The notes under the pieces: generated by a model
The model's database searches: none
What the model was told of the DNA's origin: nothing
What the model saw: the letters and a program-made list of their open reading frames with translations, nothing else
Shown: piece after piece, positions 22,646 through 34,879 of the stretch
Numbering within the stretch: the stretch's first letter is position 1
How the letters are laid out: every line of letters starts with the position of its first letter
Origin: a virus
Reading direction: 5' to 3' (one strand)
Virus record (IMG/VR): IMGVR_UViG_3300046453_000063
Location: 1-64,000 of that record
Length of the DNA: 64,000 nt
Program-made: the position numbers and the translations under genes

Positions 22646-25600
22646 ATGTCGTTGAAAATTGTAGATGAAACAGTTTATGTGATTTATAAAAACGGTGTCC
22701 CTTATGAGGGCGATGGAAGAAAACTTGTATATACTTCTACGGGTGCTGCAAATGGTGTAATTACAAAAGAAGCAAAACGTGATGCTGAACGTAATTATAC
22801 AACAACAAGAAATTATCTAACGGATATAGACTGGTATGAACTGGGTTGGAATTCAAGGGAATATTTGATTGATAGAGTTAAAGAGGAATTTACTATAGTT
22901 GAATATGGGCCAAAGGAGAGAAATTGATGCACTATCTATCAAAGTTTAATAATCGTGGAGACCTGAGAGCACTTGAAGACATTAGACAATATTCTATTGT
23001 GGTCAAAGATGAACAAGGCTTGCGATATATTGATCCTGGCGATGATATTACAAAAGTAGAAACTTACTTTGTAAATCAAGTATTCCCAATAGGCAATGAT
23101 GAATTAATTATTCAAAAAGGAAGAATGATTAGAACTGTAAGAGTTGATTTAAATTTCAGAGATTTTTAAAGAAACTAACAATTTAAAAACCTGCATAAAC
23201 ATTGACTATTTTGAAACGAATATCATGATAAAATTTGTGTTTTATAAGGAGTTGAGAATATATGAATGAAATAGCAATGCATATTCAAAAAGCTTATGAG
23301 CACATTCAACAAGCGGAAAAATTATTGAACGGTATCGAAGGTGATGGCAAATCCATCTCAGCGCTGAAAATATTCTTCAAGGATCATGTAACAAGTCATG
23401 AGACGTACGTAGATTGGACTAAGAAATATCTTGAAATTTAACGAAATTAGAATTTCATGAGGAGAAGGGAGAGATTTTAGTTTGAGTATTTATTATGGTA
23501 TTGGAACAAAATTAAGAGATAACAGAGTTTTCTTCTTAAGTAGCCAAGAAGATCCTGACTGTTGGGTTGCAGATATTGATGAGGCATTGAACTGGGAGTC
23601 AATCAAAGAACTTCCAGAAATGTACGAAGAAGAATTCATTGTAGAAATCACAGGAAATGGATATGGCGATGTTATATCGTGGAAAATTTTAGAGGGCAAT
23701 ACGATAAATTAAGAGATTTATAGTAAACAGTAGTAAAAATATACAAAATAAGAAGAGGAGATAAAAAATGAAAAAAATAAAAGTATTATTGGCAGTATTA
23801 ATGACGGTGATTGCATTAACTGGTTGCACAACAGAAGCAGACAAGGTTAGCCAAAATCTGTCGTTAGAAGCAGATAATTTTAATGTTGTTCGTCAATTAA
23901 CCGTAATTAACTGCGTACAGGGAGATACGTTATTTCAAATGACAGGAAAAATGTCAATAAAAGCAGATAGCACTGATAATCAACTTGAAATTGTTGTTGA
24001 AGATGAAAATGGGAATTACCAAAAACACTTCATAGGCTTAAGCGACAATGTGTCGTATGTTGTGGAGCAAAAAGAATATAAAAATGTAAGTAAATATAAA
24101 TATACGTTGAATTATAACCCTAAAATGTGGATTCCCATTGATGTCAAAACAATCGAATAATCAAATATCTAATAAACAGTTAGAAAATATAGTGACAAAT
24201 TAACAGGTCATGAAAGAATAGCTAATCAAGAAACGGAGGTTAAATAATGGCGGATACGGTTTACGTTTTGTATTTTAATGAAAGTCAATATGTTGATAGT
24301 CTTGACCTAAGCAATAGAGAATGTAGCGTTATCGATGATCCAAAAAATGCTGAACAATTTAGCAAGTCAGAGGCCAGTTATTATGCTGAAAGATTAGGCT
24401 GTTCATATAAGGCCATTGAAATTGAGGAATAGGGGGATAGGAAATGAAAGTAGACAATGAATTTCTTGTGGCAATGGCCGATAAGTTAAATGAAATTGCA
24501 GAACGAACAAGCGACATTGAAACTGCACACGAGCTGGATGAATTTGTTCAAGTCATTATTTATTCTCTGAGTTAATCAGAAAATAGTTTCATGAAGAAGG
24601 GAGGAAGATTTAAATGTTTGAGACACTATACTGCTCAAAATGCAATGATGATTTTCTTGTGAAACCGGGAGATATAGAGTGGATTAAACACAAATGTTCG
24701 CACTGCTTAGAGGTAGAACAGAATGATTTTTGCGAAGAGTGTGGTAGAGATCTAGATGGTTCAGAGAATTACCGTGAAGTGTGCAATAGATGCGCTAAGT
24801 CGTGCAACATAGATAACTGATAAATACATACTTTTATGAAGAAATGGGGTTAAGACGATGAGTATAAAAGAAACCATGAATTACATAGAGGACAACAAAG
24901 AAAGATACTTAGCAACAAAATTTGAAAATACATTAAAGGAACAATTTACAGGTGAGCATCTTCAAGTTATTGGAAGCATAATGGTTGGCAATAAAAAGTG
25001 CGGATGCGGAATGTGTGGACAGTCAACTAATTTTATTGATGTTTTAAGCGAAGATTACATTTGTAGCGAATATTGCCGCAATAAATTCTATGAGTTACTA
25101 GACTCTTTGATACCGGATGATAAACCGTACTCGGAGAAAGATTGTGAAGACGCAAAACAACAAGGACTAGATTTGGATGACTGGAACGATTACAAAAAGT
25201 ATTTTCACTTAGAAGAATATGCAGATGACGCGAGAGAATTTTATGAGTAAAAATGAGCAAAAAATTATAAAAGCACTTATTGCTAAAAATTATCCTAATG
25301 AATTAATTTCTGTATCGTGGAATCCAATCAATAGGGGTATTGAAATGGGCGGTATGGAAGGTGGATGGATGGTAGAAATCAAAAATTATGATTACGTTTT
25401 TGGCTTCAATATTAATGATGTAATTGAAAATATTGATAGAATGAATAATTTTGATCCTGAATTTTTGTAAATTTCAAAAGAAACGAGGAGTTAAAATGTT
25501 TGCATGGTGTATGGAATATCCACTCTTTACTTTTATCCTTGGAATATTGATGCTTATGATGATCGACAATGTGTTGGCAAACATATCAAAAGTACAAGTT

Positions 25601-26763
25601 GCAAAATATGAATCAAGAAAGGATAAAACCCAATGAGTCAAGTAGAAAGTAATTTCGTCTTTAGAACAAAACTATTCCCAATGGATGTATCACTCCTATT
25701 CTCAATCTTTCACAATCCCAACACAGTATTTACAGATGAACAAATTGAGGATTGGAACAAACAAGCTGGTCAAATTCGTGATATTCTGGATGATTTGATT
25801 GATGAAGCAAATATGATTATGGAGAGTTAATACATATGAAACCACTTTACATGAGTAGACATTTTAAATATTACCACAAGAACAGATTTCATATTGAAGG
25901 CGTATCACGCAAAACTAAAAAGCATCTTCAGAAAGCAATCAAAGAAGGCTACTTGCCAACTGCAACAGAGCAACGCTGGTTTCAATTGCCTGATTGCAGA
26001 TGGTGTAATGGTGGAGGGTATTATCGAGAGCACGAATATGATACTGGCTACACTTGCCCTGATTGTGTTGGCACTGGCAAAGATGGATGGTTTGCGAAAG
26101 ATGGAAAAATGTATGAAAGAGCTACAGGTTTAGAAGTTAAAGAATTCTAAGGGGGCTTAATTATGATTTGGTTTGTGGTTGCTGGAGGACTTTTCAATAT
26201 TATATCTGCACTTGTGATGAATACAAAAGATGTGCCAAGTGCTGTATTTTTTAAAGTAATTCCTTTTATCCTGGGATTGGGTTGTATTCTTTATTCGGTA
26301 TCATATTTCAATTTGGTATAAAACTTATCTTTTATCAAAAATGGGAGGTGTACTATATTGGAAGAAATCGATTACGATAAGCTGCTGAATGATTGGGCAG
26401 ATGGGATATTTAAACTTTTAGATGAGGCCAACAATAAAAAAGATGCCGAAGACTTTGGAACTCCTGAGTATTATCGCAACTTTGGTAGAGTTCAAGCGTT
26501 CTCAGAGTCTCTTTCTCAATTGAGTTTTCTAGAGAAAAGACGTAAGGGTAATTATATTAAAAATCAAGGAGGTGATATTAATGAGACGCATTGAACTTTT
26601 ATTGTCTGACCTGAATATCGAGTATAAGCACCCAGATGGTCAGTGGAAGAGTTTTGGTGAGGTTTGGACTGAACTTGCTGTGGCATGGGGTAAATATGAT
26701 CAGAGTGAACAACGGGAGATTATTTATGCTTTAGAAGATACTCTGAATCAAGACAATAAATAA
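22646..26763 (+). other. Cluster of about 16 small hypothetical genes, some membrane or Zn-finger
   Basis: ORF track plus short ORFs (23262, 24444, 26163) with RBS. Confidence 0.75.
23768..24160 (+). CDS. Phage lipoprotein
   Basis: Signal peptide MKKIKVLLAVLMTVIALTG|C with lipobox LTGC. Confidence 0.75.
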   Translation: MKKIKVLLAVLMTVIALTGCTTEADKVSQNLSLEADNFNVVRQLTVINCVQGDTLFQMTGKMSIKADSTDNQLEIVVEDENGNYQKHFIGLSDNVSYVVEQKEYKNVSKYKYTLNYNPKMWIPIDVKTIE

Positions 26764-26790
26764 AAATATTTGGGGGAATGGTATTTATAA

Positions 26791-28437
26791 ATGAAATGGA
26801 AACAAAAAACACCCGTTATTTCATTTGAGTCATATGACAATACATATTCTAAACTTGCAAAATTGAATGGAATCACAAACATTGATCAATTTCTCAACCC
26901 ACTATCTAATGTAATTTGCGATTCTTATCTGCTTAAGAACATTGACGCACTAGCAAGCCGAATTATTCTTGCTATTCGGAATCGTGAGCCTATTACGATT
27001 ACTGGCGACCCTGATTAGCCAGGCTATGATGGTGTAACTTCGTTGGTGACAATGTATAAATATCTACTTAATTTCACTGACGAAGTGTATTATGTATGTA
27101 ATGAACGATCCGAGGGTCATTCGATAAATGGACTAGTTGAAACAATTCCTGAATCAACCAAGGTTCTAATTGCTGTAGACAGTTCATCAAATGATGTTGA
27201 TACGATGCAATTACTATCATCTAAAGGAATTGACTGTCTAATCATCGATCATCATACAGTTACGGTAGACAATCCCTATGCAATACTAGTTAACCCGCAA
27301 CAAGCCAATGACCCATATCCAAACAAAAATGCTTGCGGTGGTTTACTCGTCTTCAAGGTCTGCCAAGTAATTGATGATTACATGAATACATATTATTCAA
27401 ACAAGCTCGATGATCTTCCTGGATTTTCTCTTATGGCCGATATGATGTCTATGTTGGAATTAGAGAACAGATATTACGCAAAACAGTCATTAAAGAATCT
27501 ACATCATGCAGGACTCAAAGCACTGTTCCAGGCAATGAATTATGATCTAACAAACCTATCTGCAACAGACTTCTTATACGGTGTGAGTCCTGCTGTAACG
27601 GCTGCTACACGGGCAGATAATATCCAGTTAGCAATTGACTTCTTAATGTGCGTAGATGACTCAGACGACATCAAGGGACTTGCCAAAGAGTTGGTTAAGG
27701 CCAATGAGAAGCGCAAAGAAGTTCAGGCCGAAGCTTTGCAACGATTGAAGCCACTCTTTGATGAGTCGAATAAAGTAGTAATTGTTGTAGATCCGTCATT
27801 GGGATCTGGGATGAATGGATTGGTCGCGCAAGAGTTGTCTAGAACATTTAACAGGCCAGCAATTGTACTTGGTTTTAGCGATGAGGGAGACGTGTTGAAA
27901 GGCAGTTTCCGTGGATTAGAGGATTTCTCAATGCTAGAACTGCTGGATAATTGCGAAAACACAATTTATGCTGCTGGACATAATGCTGCTGGTGGCGTTC
28001 AGTTGCCCAAATCAAACCTTGAGCAACTCCAACGAGAGTTAAATGAAAAACTGATCAACTTTGAGGCAGATGACTCTCTGTATTATGATCTAGAATTCAA
28101 CTTGTCTGACGTTAATGAGAATCTAGTCAACTATTTGAATGAGTTTTACCGGATTACAGGCAATAAATTCAAACAGGGCAAATTCCTCATTAAAGGATTA
28201 TTCGTCTCAGATAAGAAACTCATGGGTAAATCCGCAAACACAGTTAAAGTTGATTGCGATAAGATTCAATTAATGAAGTTTAAAACCGATGAGCAATACT
28301 TTAATTCTGTTCCGGTATTTTCTGAGATTGAAGCCATTGGATCACTAAACATCAACGTTTGGAAAGTTTACAAACCTAAGTTTAAAATTACTAAGACACT
28401 GCAATTATTCATTGATGATTACCGAGAAAATATTTAA
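26791..28437 (+). CDS. recJ: RecJ-like ssDNA exonuclease (DHH/DHHA1), interrupted in frame by TAG at 27016
   Basis: GDPD*PGYDG motif I, AVDS, IIDHH, ADMM, GSFR, AGHNAAGG; ORFs 26791..27018 and 27043..28437 are in the same frame. Confidence 0.85.
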
Positions 28438-28476
28438 TAAATAAATATATACAAATTACAAAATATATTATATAAT
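28433..28476 (+). promoter_or_regulatory. SigA promoter with TTTAATAAATAAATATA repeat
   Basis: TATACA(28448-28453)-17 bp-TATAAT(28471-28476). Confidence 0.7.
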
Positions 28477-28496
28477 GAAGAGGAGAACAAATACAT

Positions 28497-31400
28497 ATGA
28501 CATTTTACGGCCTAGCAACAACACAAGGTGGAGCAAGTGTAGTAATTAGAGATTTTACAGCAACAGATCGGATTGGTGTAGAAAATGAAGCAAAAGCTTA
28601 TTGCAAGAAACAAGGGCTGGCATTTGATAAGGTATTGCCAGAAAAGAATACAGTTAAAGGGGGAGCTACACTAACAAAATATGCGAAGGGGCGGCAGCAA
28701 TTGAATAACAAGCGGTAATAAGTAAATATAATTAGGTCTTCTATAATGGGAGACCTATTCCTTTAAGGAGTGCTTGAATTGAAGGATGAGACAATTTATG
28801 TAGCACCAGAGTCAATCACAAATAAAAATGTTGAATACATAAAGTTGCTAAGTGGGAAAATTGATTTGAAGAAGCCAAGTTTTGCATCAAGTGATGAGAT
28901 AATAGATACACTGAAAGAATTCGATTCAGAAAAACCGCGTAAACATTGAATTTTTTGAGAGCAATAATTTGATGAAAGAGAGATTTCATAAGGAGGTGTA
29001 AACGTGTATTCAAAACTTAGATTAAATTATATTGAAACTGCACAAATGCTTTATGATCAATGGTCTAAACTAACACACAAAGAAAAGAACATTGAGTATG
29101 CAGAGTGGGTAGAAGAAGAATTAACGAATGGTCATTACATTGTTGAGTTGGGTCAATATGGAATTGAAAATACGTACCCAATTCCAGACTATCTGTCTTC
29201 AATTGGTTCAGAAGGCTGTTGGGATGCTATTTACAAAGAATGGTGCAAAAGACAGAGCAAATAAAAGGCGTATTTGATTAGAAAGGAAGTGATCAGTTGA
29301 TATTTACTACTGAGCAACTAGAGGAAATCAAAAACAAAAGGCAATTTCTATCAGATACAGACTCATTGTTAATTTGCCAATTGATAGATGAAGTTGATAA
29401 GTTGTGTGACAACCGAAGAAGCCTATCCATTACATATGTTGAATTGTTTATCGATTATTTTGAATTACTTGATGACCATTTTCCTGATTGGAGAGTATAT
29501 TGCAAACCAAATATCAAGAAGCTACTTCAGCGGCTCGAAGGAGATAAGCAATAATGAACTGGTTAGATACATATCCACACGAACTCTATACAAATGTACT
29601 GCTGCTCGACAATAAAATCGAGTGTTGGAAGATTGGTAATACGAAAGCAGAGTCAACGCATTGGCCTTTCAGTTCCCGTTGGAAAGCCGACAGAATGAAG
29701 TTAGTAGATTACGGACAATACGAATCTTTTGATCTAGGCGACTACACCGTTGAGTCTAAGACGTGGATCGTAAACAATGACCATGAACATAATGATGTAT
29801 TTACGACTCATGCTCCAGAATGGTATCGCCAGTGGGAGCATGCAGATGATTATAAATTGGGGAGGGCTTATTGATTGAATCACGCTGAATATAAAAAGTT
29901 AATCAAGATTGGTGAGGAAGTATGGATTTGCGATTATCGATTTAACGATATTGATAATCAACCAATTCGTCATGTTAAACCAACGAAAGTAATAGTTGTA
30001 AGTAACGAAGAGTTGCCAGGCAATAAAACTGTGTATTATTCCGAATTCCATTTTAGACCGTTTGGAAAGAATGGCAAACCATTAGCTCAAGTAATTGCTC
30101 CATATGATAATACAGGATATCGATCAAACACAGGGACATCACTCAATATCTTCTATGATGAGAAGGAATGTGTGAAACATTATAAGAAACAGTGCAGAAC
30201 AATTATTATTGATTTTGAAGCAGCAAAAGAATCCAAATTGAAATATTATGATAAGAAGATTGAACAGGTTCAAACTGAAATGGAGGAGTTTTAACATACT
30301 TTTGTTGGTATTATTATTCATTTTGTTAAAGAAAGAGGAGAATAAATGACTGAATTTTTCAATGAATATGGGATTAACTTTGCAAATGAAATATCAAACG
30401 ATTACCTTGTAACATTTGATCAGGCATACTCATTGTTTATAATTGCTAATTACAACGAAGACAAAGCTTTTGAATTGTGCAGACAACTTGCAGTTACGCA
30501 AGATATGGGGCAAGTACTTAAATCATTACATGTGAATTAAGTTGATAAATGTCAAATTTCATCAAGATTTTAGAAGGGAGTGCTTATGAGCATATTTGAT
30601 AAATATAACCTACATTACGGAGACGAAAGAAAGACTGTTATCGATATAAAAAGTATTAAAAGTGTTTCTGATGAAGAAAGTAGATATGATTATTTTGAAT
30701 TAAACAATATTATTGAACATTCACTTGGATTCGATACCAGAGGCTGCGAAAAGAATCTTGTAAAACTGGGATTTAGTATTCCTAAAAGATACTATAACGA
30801 AGAAGAATTTAAGTATTGTGATTATTGGCATTATCAATTAGAAGCTGCATTCAGGAGAGAGGTACGTAACGATAGCGCTAACTCAATTTATGTTGGAACA
30901 GAAAAAGGTATTGATTATAAGAAACTAAAAAGACAACCGAATGATTGGCAAAGAATGATCTTGGAAAAATGGAATACTTTATTGCATCCATTGGCTGATG
31001 AACAAGGTTGGATAAAAATAGTTATATGGTGGTAGACAAGAGGAAATGCACAATTGATGAAGAAAAGGAGGACAGAACTTGAAAGATGAAAGAGAATTCG
31101 AAAACGAGAATAGAATGTTATTGGGCAATATAGCTAGAATAATTCTTTCAAATGACGCAGATGAGATAGGAAATATGAGAATATGTGCGCATAAACGAAT
31201 TGATGAAATGGCTGATTTTAAAATACAAAAAATTAATGAAAGCAACTCGTAAGAAAGGAGTGAGATATATTGGACTTCAATAAAAAACTAATGTTTGAGT
31301 ATAAGAACTATAAAGGTGAAATAAGCTTAAGACATACTTTTCCTGAGAGTATTCGTTATGGATCAACGGAATGGCATCCAGAAGAACAGTGGCTGCTCAA

Positions 31401-31805
31401 AGCGTGGGATTTTGCCAAAGGTGATTACCGAGAGTTTGCTATGAAGGACATTATTGAGTTTTTGTAGTTGTTTACATACCATATGTAGCGTTAATAATAT
31501 ATAAGATGTCTATATATAGTATGCAAAACCTCATGAAATGTAACTTTTATGAAGAAGAAGGAGGCAATCAAATGAAGATCGAAGAATATATTCTTGAAGC
31601 AATTGAGCAGCATGAACAAAAAGAAGATGAGTTAAATTTGCATCAATTATGTGAAGACGTTAGAAATAAATTTAATACAAAATGTACACATGAGTATGTC
31701 GGAGGGTATGATAGTCCTGGTTATGATATTGATTGCTATGCGATTGCCTTCATTGATGAGAATGGAGAAATAGGAATCTCCTCATATGAGAAGGAAAGTT
31801 GCTAA
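28497..31805 (+). other. Cluster of small hypothetical genes
   Basis: ORFs at 28497, 29004, 29297, 29554, 29875, 30346, 30580, 31079, 31571. Confidence 0.75.
31270..31467 (+). CDS. Stand-alone WYL-domain protein
   Basis: F.Y.NYKGE.S.R...P..I.YG.....EQWLLKAWD......REF....I pattern. Confidence 0.7.
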   Translation: MDFNKKLMFEYKNYKGEISLRHTFPESIRYGSTEWHPEEQWLLKAWDFAKGDYREFAMKDIIEFL

Positions 31806-31847
31806 GCAACCATGCTATAGATGTAAAAATAGAGAGGGTGAGCGATC

Positions 31848-32972
31848 ATAAAAACAAATATATTTTTACCACAAAAGATTAGAGTTGGCTTTCAGAATCG
31901 AGATAATACATATACCAAGAAATTAGCATATGTGATCTATTACGACCATAAAGGTGTTTTGAGGAAAGAAACTTCATGGAATAGTTGGCGAGATGATAAA
32001 ATTGAACCAATTGACTATGAGAATGTACCCACGTCGGGATTTGTACTAAATAAGAAAGTAGGAGACTATACATCTGATTGGAACCATCGACAAGCTTACG
32101 TCCGAGTATACGATGAACGCGGATTTGAATTTGAAATTACTATTGAGAACCTACTTTATATCCTAGAGAATGCAAATTCAATCAAAGGGAAGGGCCTTGA
32201 AGGGCTATTCGTTTATGCCTGGGATGGAAAGGAATTAGTTTTACTACCTGTTGAATCTCCAGATTATCAAGAAATAAGTTCATTCAATAAAATCCTTCAT
32301 GAAAAGAATTTTGTAAAGGCTAAAGATCTGATTGTTGGAGCCACATACAAATCTAAAGATAATCAAGAATGGATTTATATGGGCAGGTTTGATCTAAAGG
32401 ATACTAAGTCTGAACAAATTCTAACTGGCAAATCGAGTGGTTATTGGAGTTCTCCGCAGTATAAATATGTCTACCACAACATCTCAAAAGGGAAACATCA
32501 TTTCTTTGTAAAAGAGTCAGAATATACTTATGGAGAAAAATATAAAACACTCTCAACGATTAAGTCACTTGGAGATAGATTTATCGAAGTAGTTTCAAGC
32601 GAATGCACTGAGGATTTCGCTGAATGGTTTGACTGGGTAGAAAGACAGACGGAATATTCTCATAGAGATAAATCAAAAGATGAATGGATTCATTATTCAT
32701 TAAGTGATTTTGAAGAACATATTCAAAGCGAAGAATTTAAAGATACCCACTGGGGAAGTGTTGTTGATCTATATGTTGAACCAGATAAGACTGAGCGAGT
32801 TCACTATGATATAAATACAAGCCAATTCTACAAAGATGGTAACTATAATGCAGCTAATCGTGAATATGAAAGAATTTACATTGGAGACATCCAAACTGCT
32901 TATGATATTTATTCCCCAATGTATAAGAATGAGTATTTAGAAAATGGAAAACTATATCGGAGGATTGGTTAA
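31848..32972 (+). CDS. Conserved phage hypothetical protein (probable ATA start)
   Basis: Frame is open from ATA 31848 after gagagggtg RBS, reading KTNIFLPQKIRVGFQNRDNTYTKKLAYVIYYD...; ORF track start 31932 lacks an RBS. Confidence 0.7.
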   Translation: MKTNIFLPQKIRVGFQNRDNTYTKKLAYVIYYDHKGVLRKETSWNSWRDDKIEPIDYENVPTSGFVLNKKVGDYTSDWNHRQAYVRVYDERGFEFEITIENLLYILENANSIKGKGLEGLFVYAWDGKELVLLPVESPDYQEISSFNKILHEKNFVKAKDLIVGATYKSKDNQEWIYMGRFDLKDTKSEQILTGKSSGYWSSPQYKYVYHNISKGKHHFFVKESEYTYGEKYKTLSTIKSLGDRFIEVVSSECTEDFAEWFDWVERQTEYSHRDKSKDEWIHYSLSDFEEHIQSEEFKDTHWGSVVDLYVEPDKTERVHYDINTSQFYKDGNYNAANREYERIYIGDIQTAYDIYSPMYKNEYLENGKLYRRIG

Positions 32973-34854
32973 AATGGCAAATAACAATGACCAAAAAATT
33001 CTTGAACTGAAGAAGCAAATTGAAGATAAGAAAAAACAGGTTGGTAAATTGCAGAAATTCACTCCAGTTACCAATTGCTCTATTGAAATTGATGGCATCA
33101 GACACAATATCAATGTTCTCAGTAAGGAACAGATTCTATTGTTAATGGTTAAACTAAACTCTTATGCCATTTCTGCAAATGAACTTGGTGTACTAGAAGA
33201 ATACAATCTTAGTGGGTACAATGTTGTCGATTGGGTTACTGACCTTAAATCAAAACTTGGCATTCTAGGTAAAAAGGAAGAAGAAGCTAAATTGAAGGCA
33301 ATGGAATCTAAGTTGGATCAACTATTATCTGATGATAAGAAAGTTGAACTTGAACTTGATGAAATTGCTAACTTTTTAAAATGAGTAAAACAATGAGAAC
33401 AATCCAAAAGCTAGTTAATGGTGAGTGGCAACCAATCAAATTTTATCAGATTAAATATGGAGATTACTTCAGAATGTTTGACAATATCGCTCCCGTATCG
33501 GATAATAGTAAATACATATTCTACGCAACGAGTTATCTGTATTGCAATAACGATCAGGGAACTCAGACGATTGATTACGAAACATGTTGACAAATATTTA
33601 ATAAATAAATATAATAATAATAATATGGAGGTTGATGATTATGAAGGCCATCCTAAGACATAAAGAAGACGGAACTATTGGTACTCTGGAATATTCAATG
33701 TTTGGTGGTTCAGTACACTTCATTACTGAAAACGGAGCGCTTGGAAAAACAATGGGTGATCGAATAGACGTTATTTTATCTCAATGGGACATTATTGAAC
33801 TTCCAGATGGATATGAGGTCGGAGAATATGGAGGTGTTAAAAAGAAGAGTTGAATAAAACATACATAAGTTTGGGAGATGCATTATATGATTGTTTCAAA
33901 GAAGACGTTGGAACGGATAATGAATCTCAATTACATGAAGATGTTTATGTGAAGAAGAAGCTTAGAGATCATATAGGAGCAAAAGAATTTAAAAAGATGG
34001 ATGCTTTAGATGAAAAAGTTTGGCATGAATCCTGGAGAGAGTTTGATATGAGAACCTATTATGATCGAATGGGAAAATAGGAGGTGTAATGTGGAAACCG
34101 GAATACTGTTCACAGTAGAGCTTGCTACATATAAAGATAGTGGAGTACTGGATAGTAAATATGATTTCAATGTGTTTGTCGATGCAAGTGACTGTCTGGA
34201 GATTTCCTCGGATGATGAGGAAATTGATATTAGACAGATGGAAGAGATGGCTGTTAAATATGCGATAGATAAATTCTTTGATCAGGGAAATGTGTTGAGA
34301 GTGGGAGAGATTATTGAGGTTGTGAGTGTTAGTTATTAGCGATAAAGAATAAAAATATAAATAAAAGGAGATTAAAAACAAAATGATCAATATGGAATTA
34401 GTGAGTGGTAGAGCATATATAAACAATGCATACCAAGCATTTGAATGGGTTGCTTATGGAATTTATAAAAACATTAAAAATAGAGGCGGAAATACCGGAA
34501 GGTATTTTACAAATGAGCAAGTAGTCAATGAATTAAATAGTTCAAAATACACTGTAATTGTTGATAATAAAATGAATCTTATTGAAGCTAATTTTGAACT
34601 CAAATAATTAATAAAAATAATATTTTATCAAGAAAGGATGTGTATGCTTGAATAAATTTATTGTTAAAGGAACCATAATTGAACAAAATGAACGATGGTA
34701 TATTAAAGATGAGAACAACAACCTAGAGAACTCTTCAGATTTATTGGAAGGAATTGATAATGCAATGTATCACCGAAACGATAAATATCAATTACAAGAT
34801 GGAGACTATATTGAAATCGTTGTTAATTATAAAAAGAAAGCAGAATTACAATGA
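32944..34854 (+). other. Small hypothetical genes (32944/32974 coiled-coil, 33381, 33632, 33850, 34061, 34383, 34648)
   Basis: ORF track, RBS. Confidence 0.75.
33587..33615 (+). promoter_or_regulatory. Consensus SigA promoter with repeat in the spacer
   Basis: TTGACA-aatatttaataaataaa-TATAAT. Confidence 0.85.
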
Positions 34855-34879
34855 AACAGATAGATTAAAATACTAGGAG

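Noticed and set aside
27016-27018. Genome-wide TAG reassignment as the explanation for the recJ stop
   Set aside because: Many genes end properly at TAG (5208, 7050, 17050, nrdD 37069, dut 41473), and readthrough would leave three extra residues in the catalytic motif
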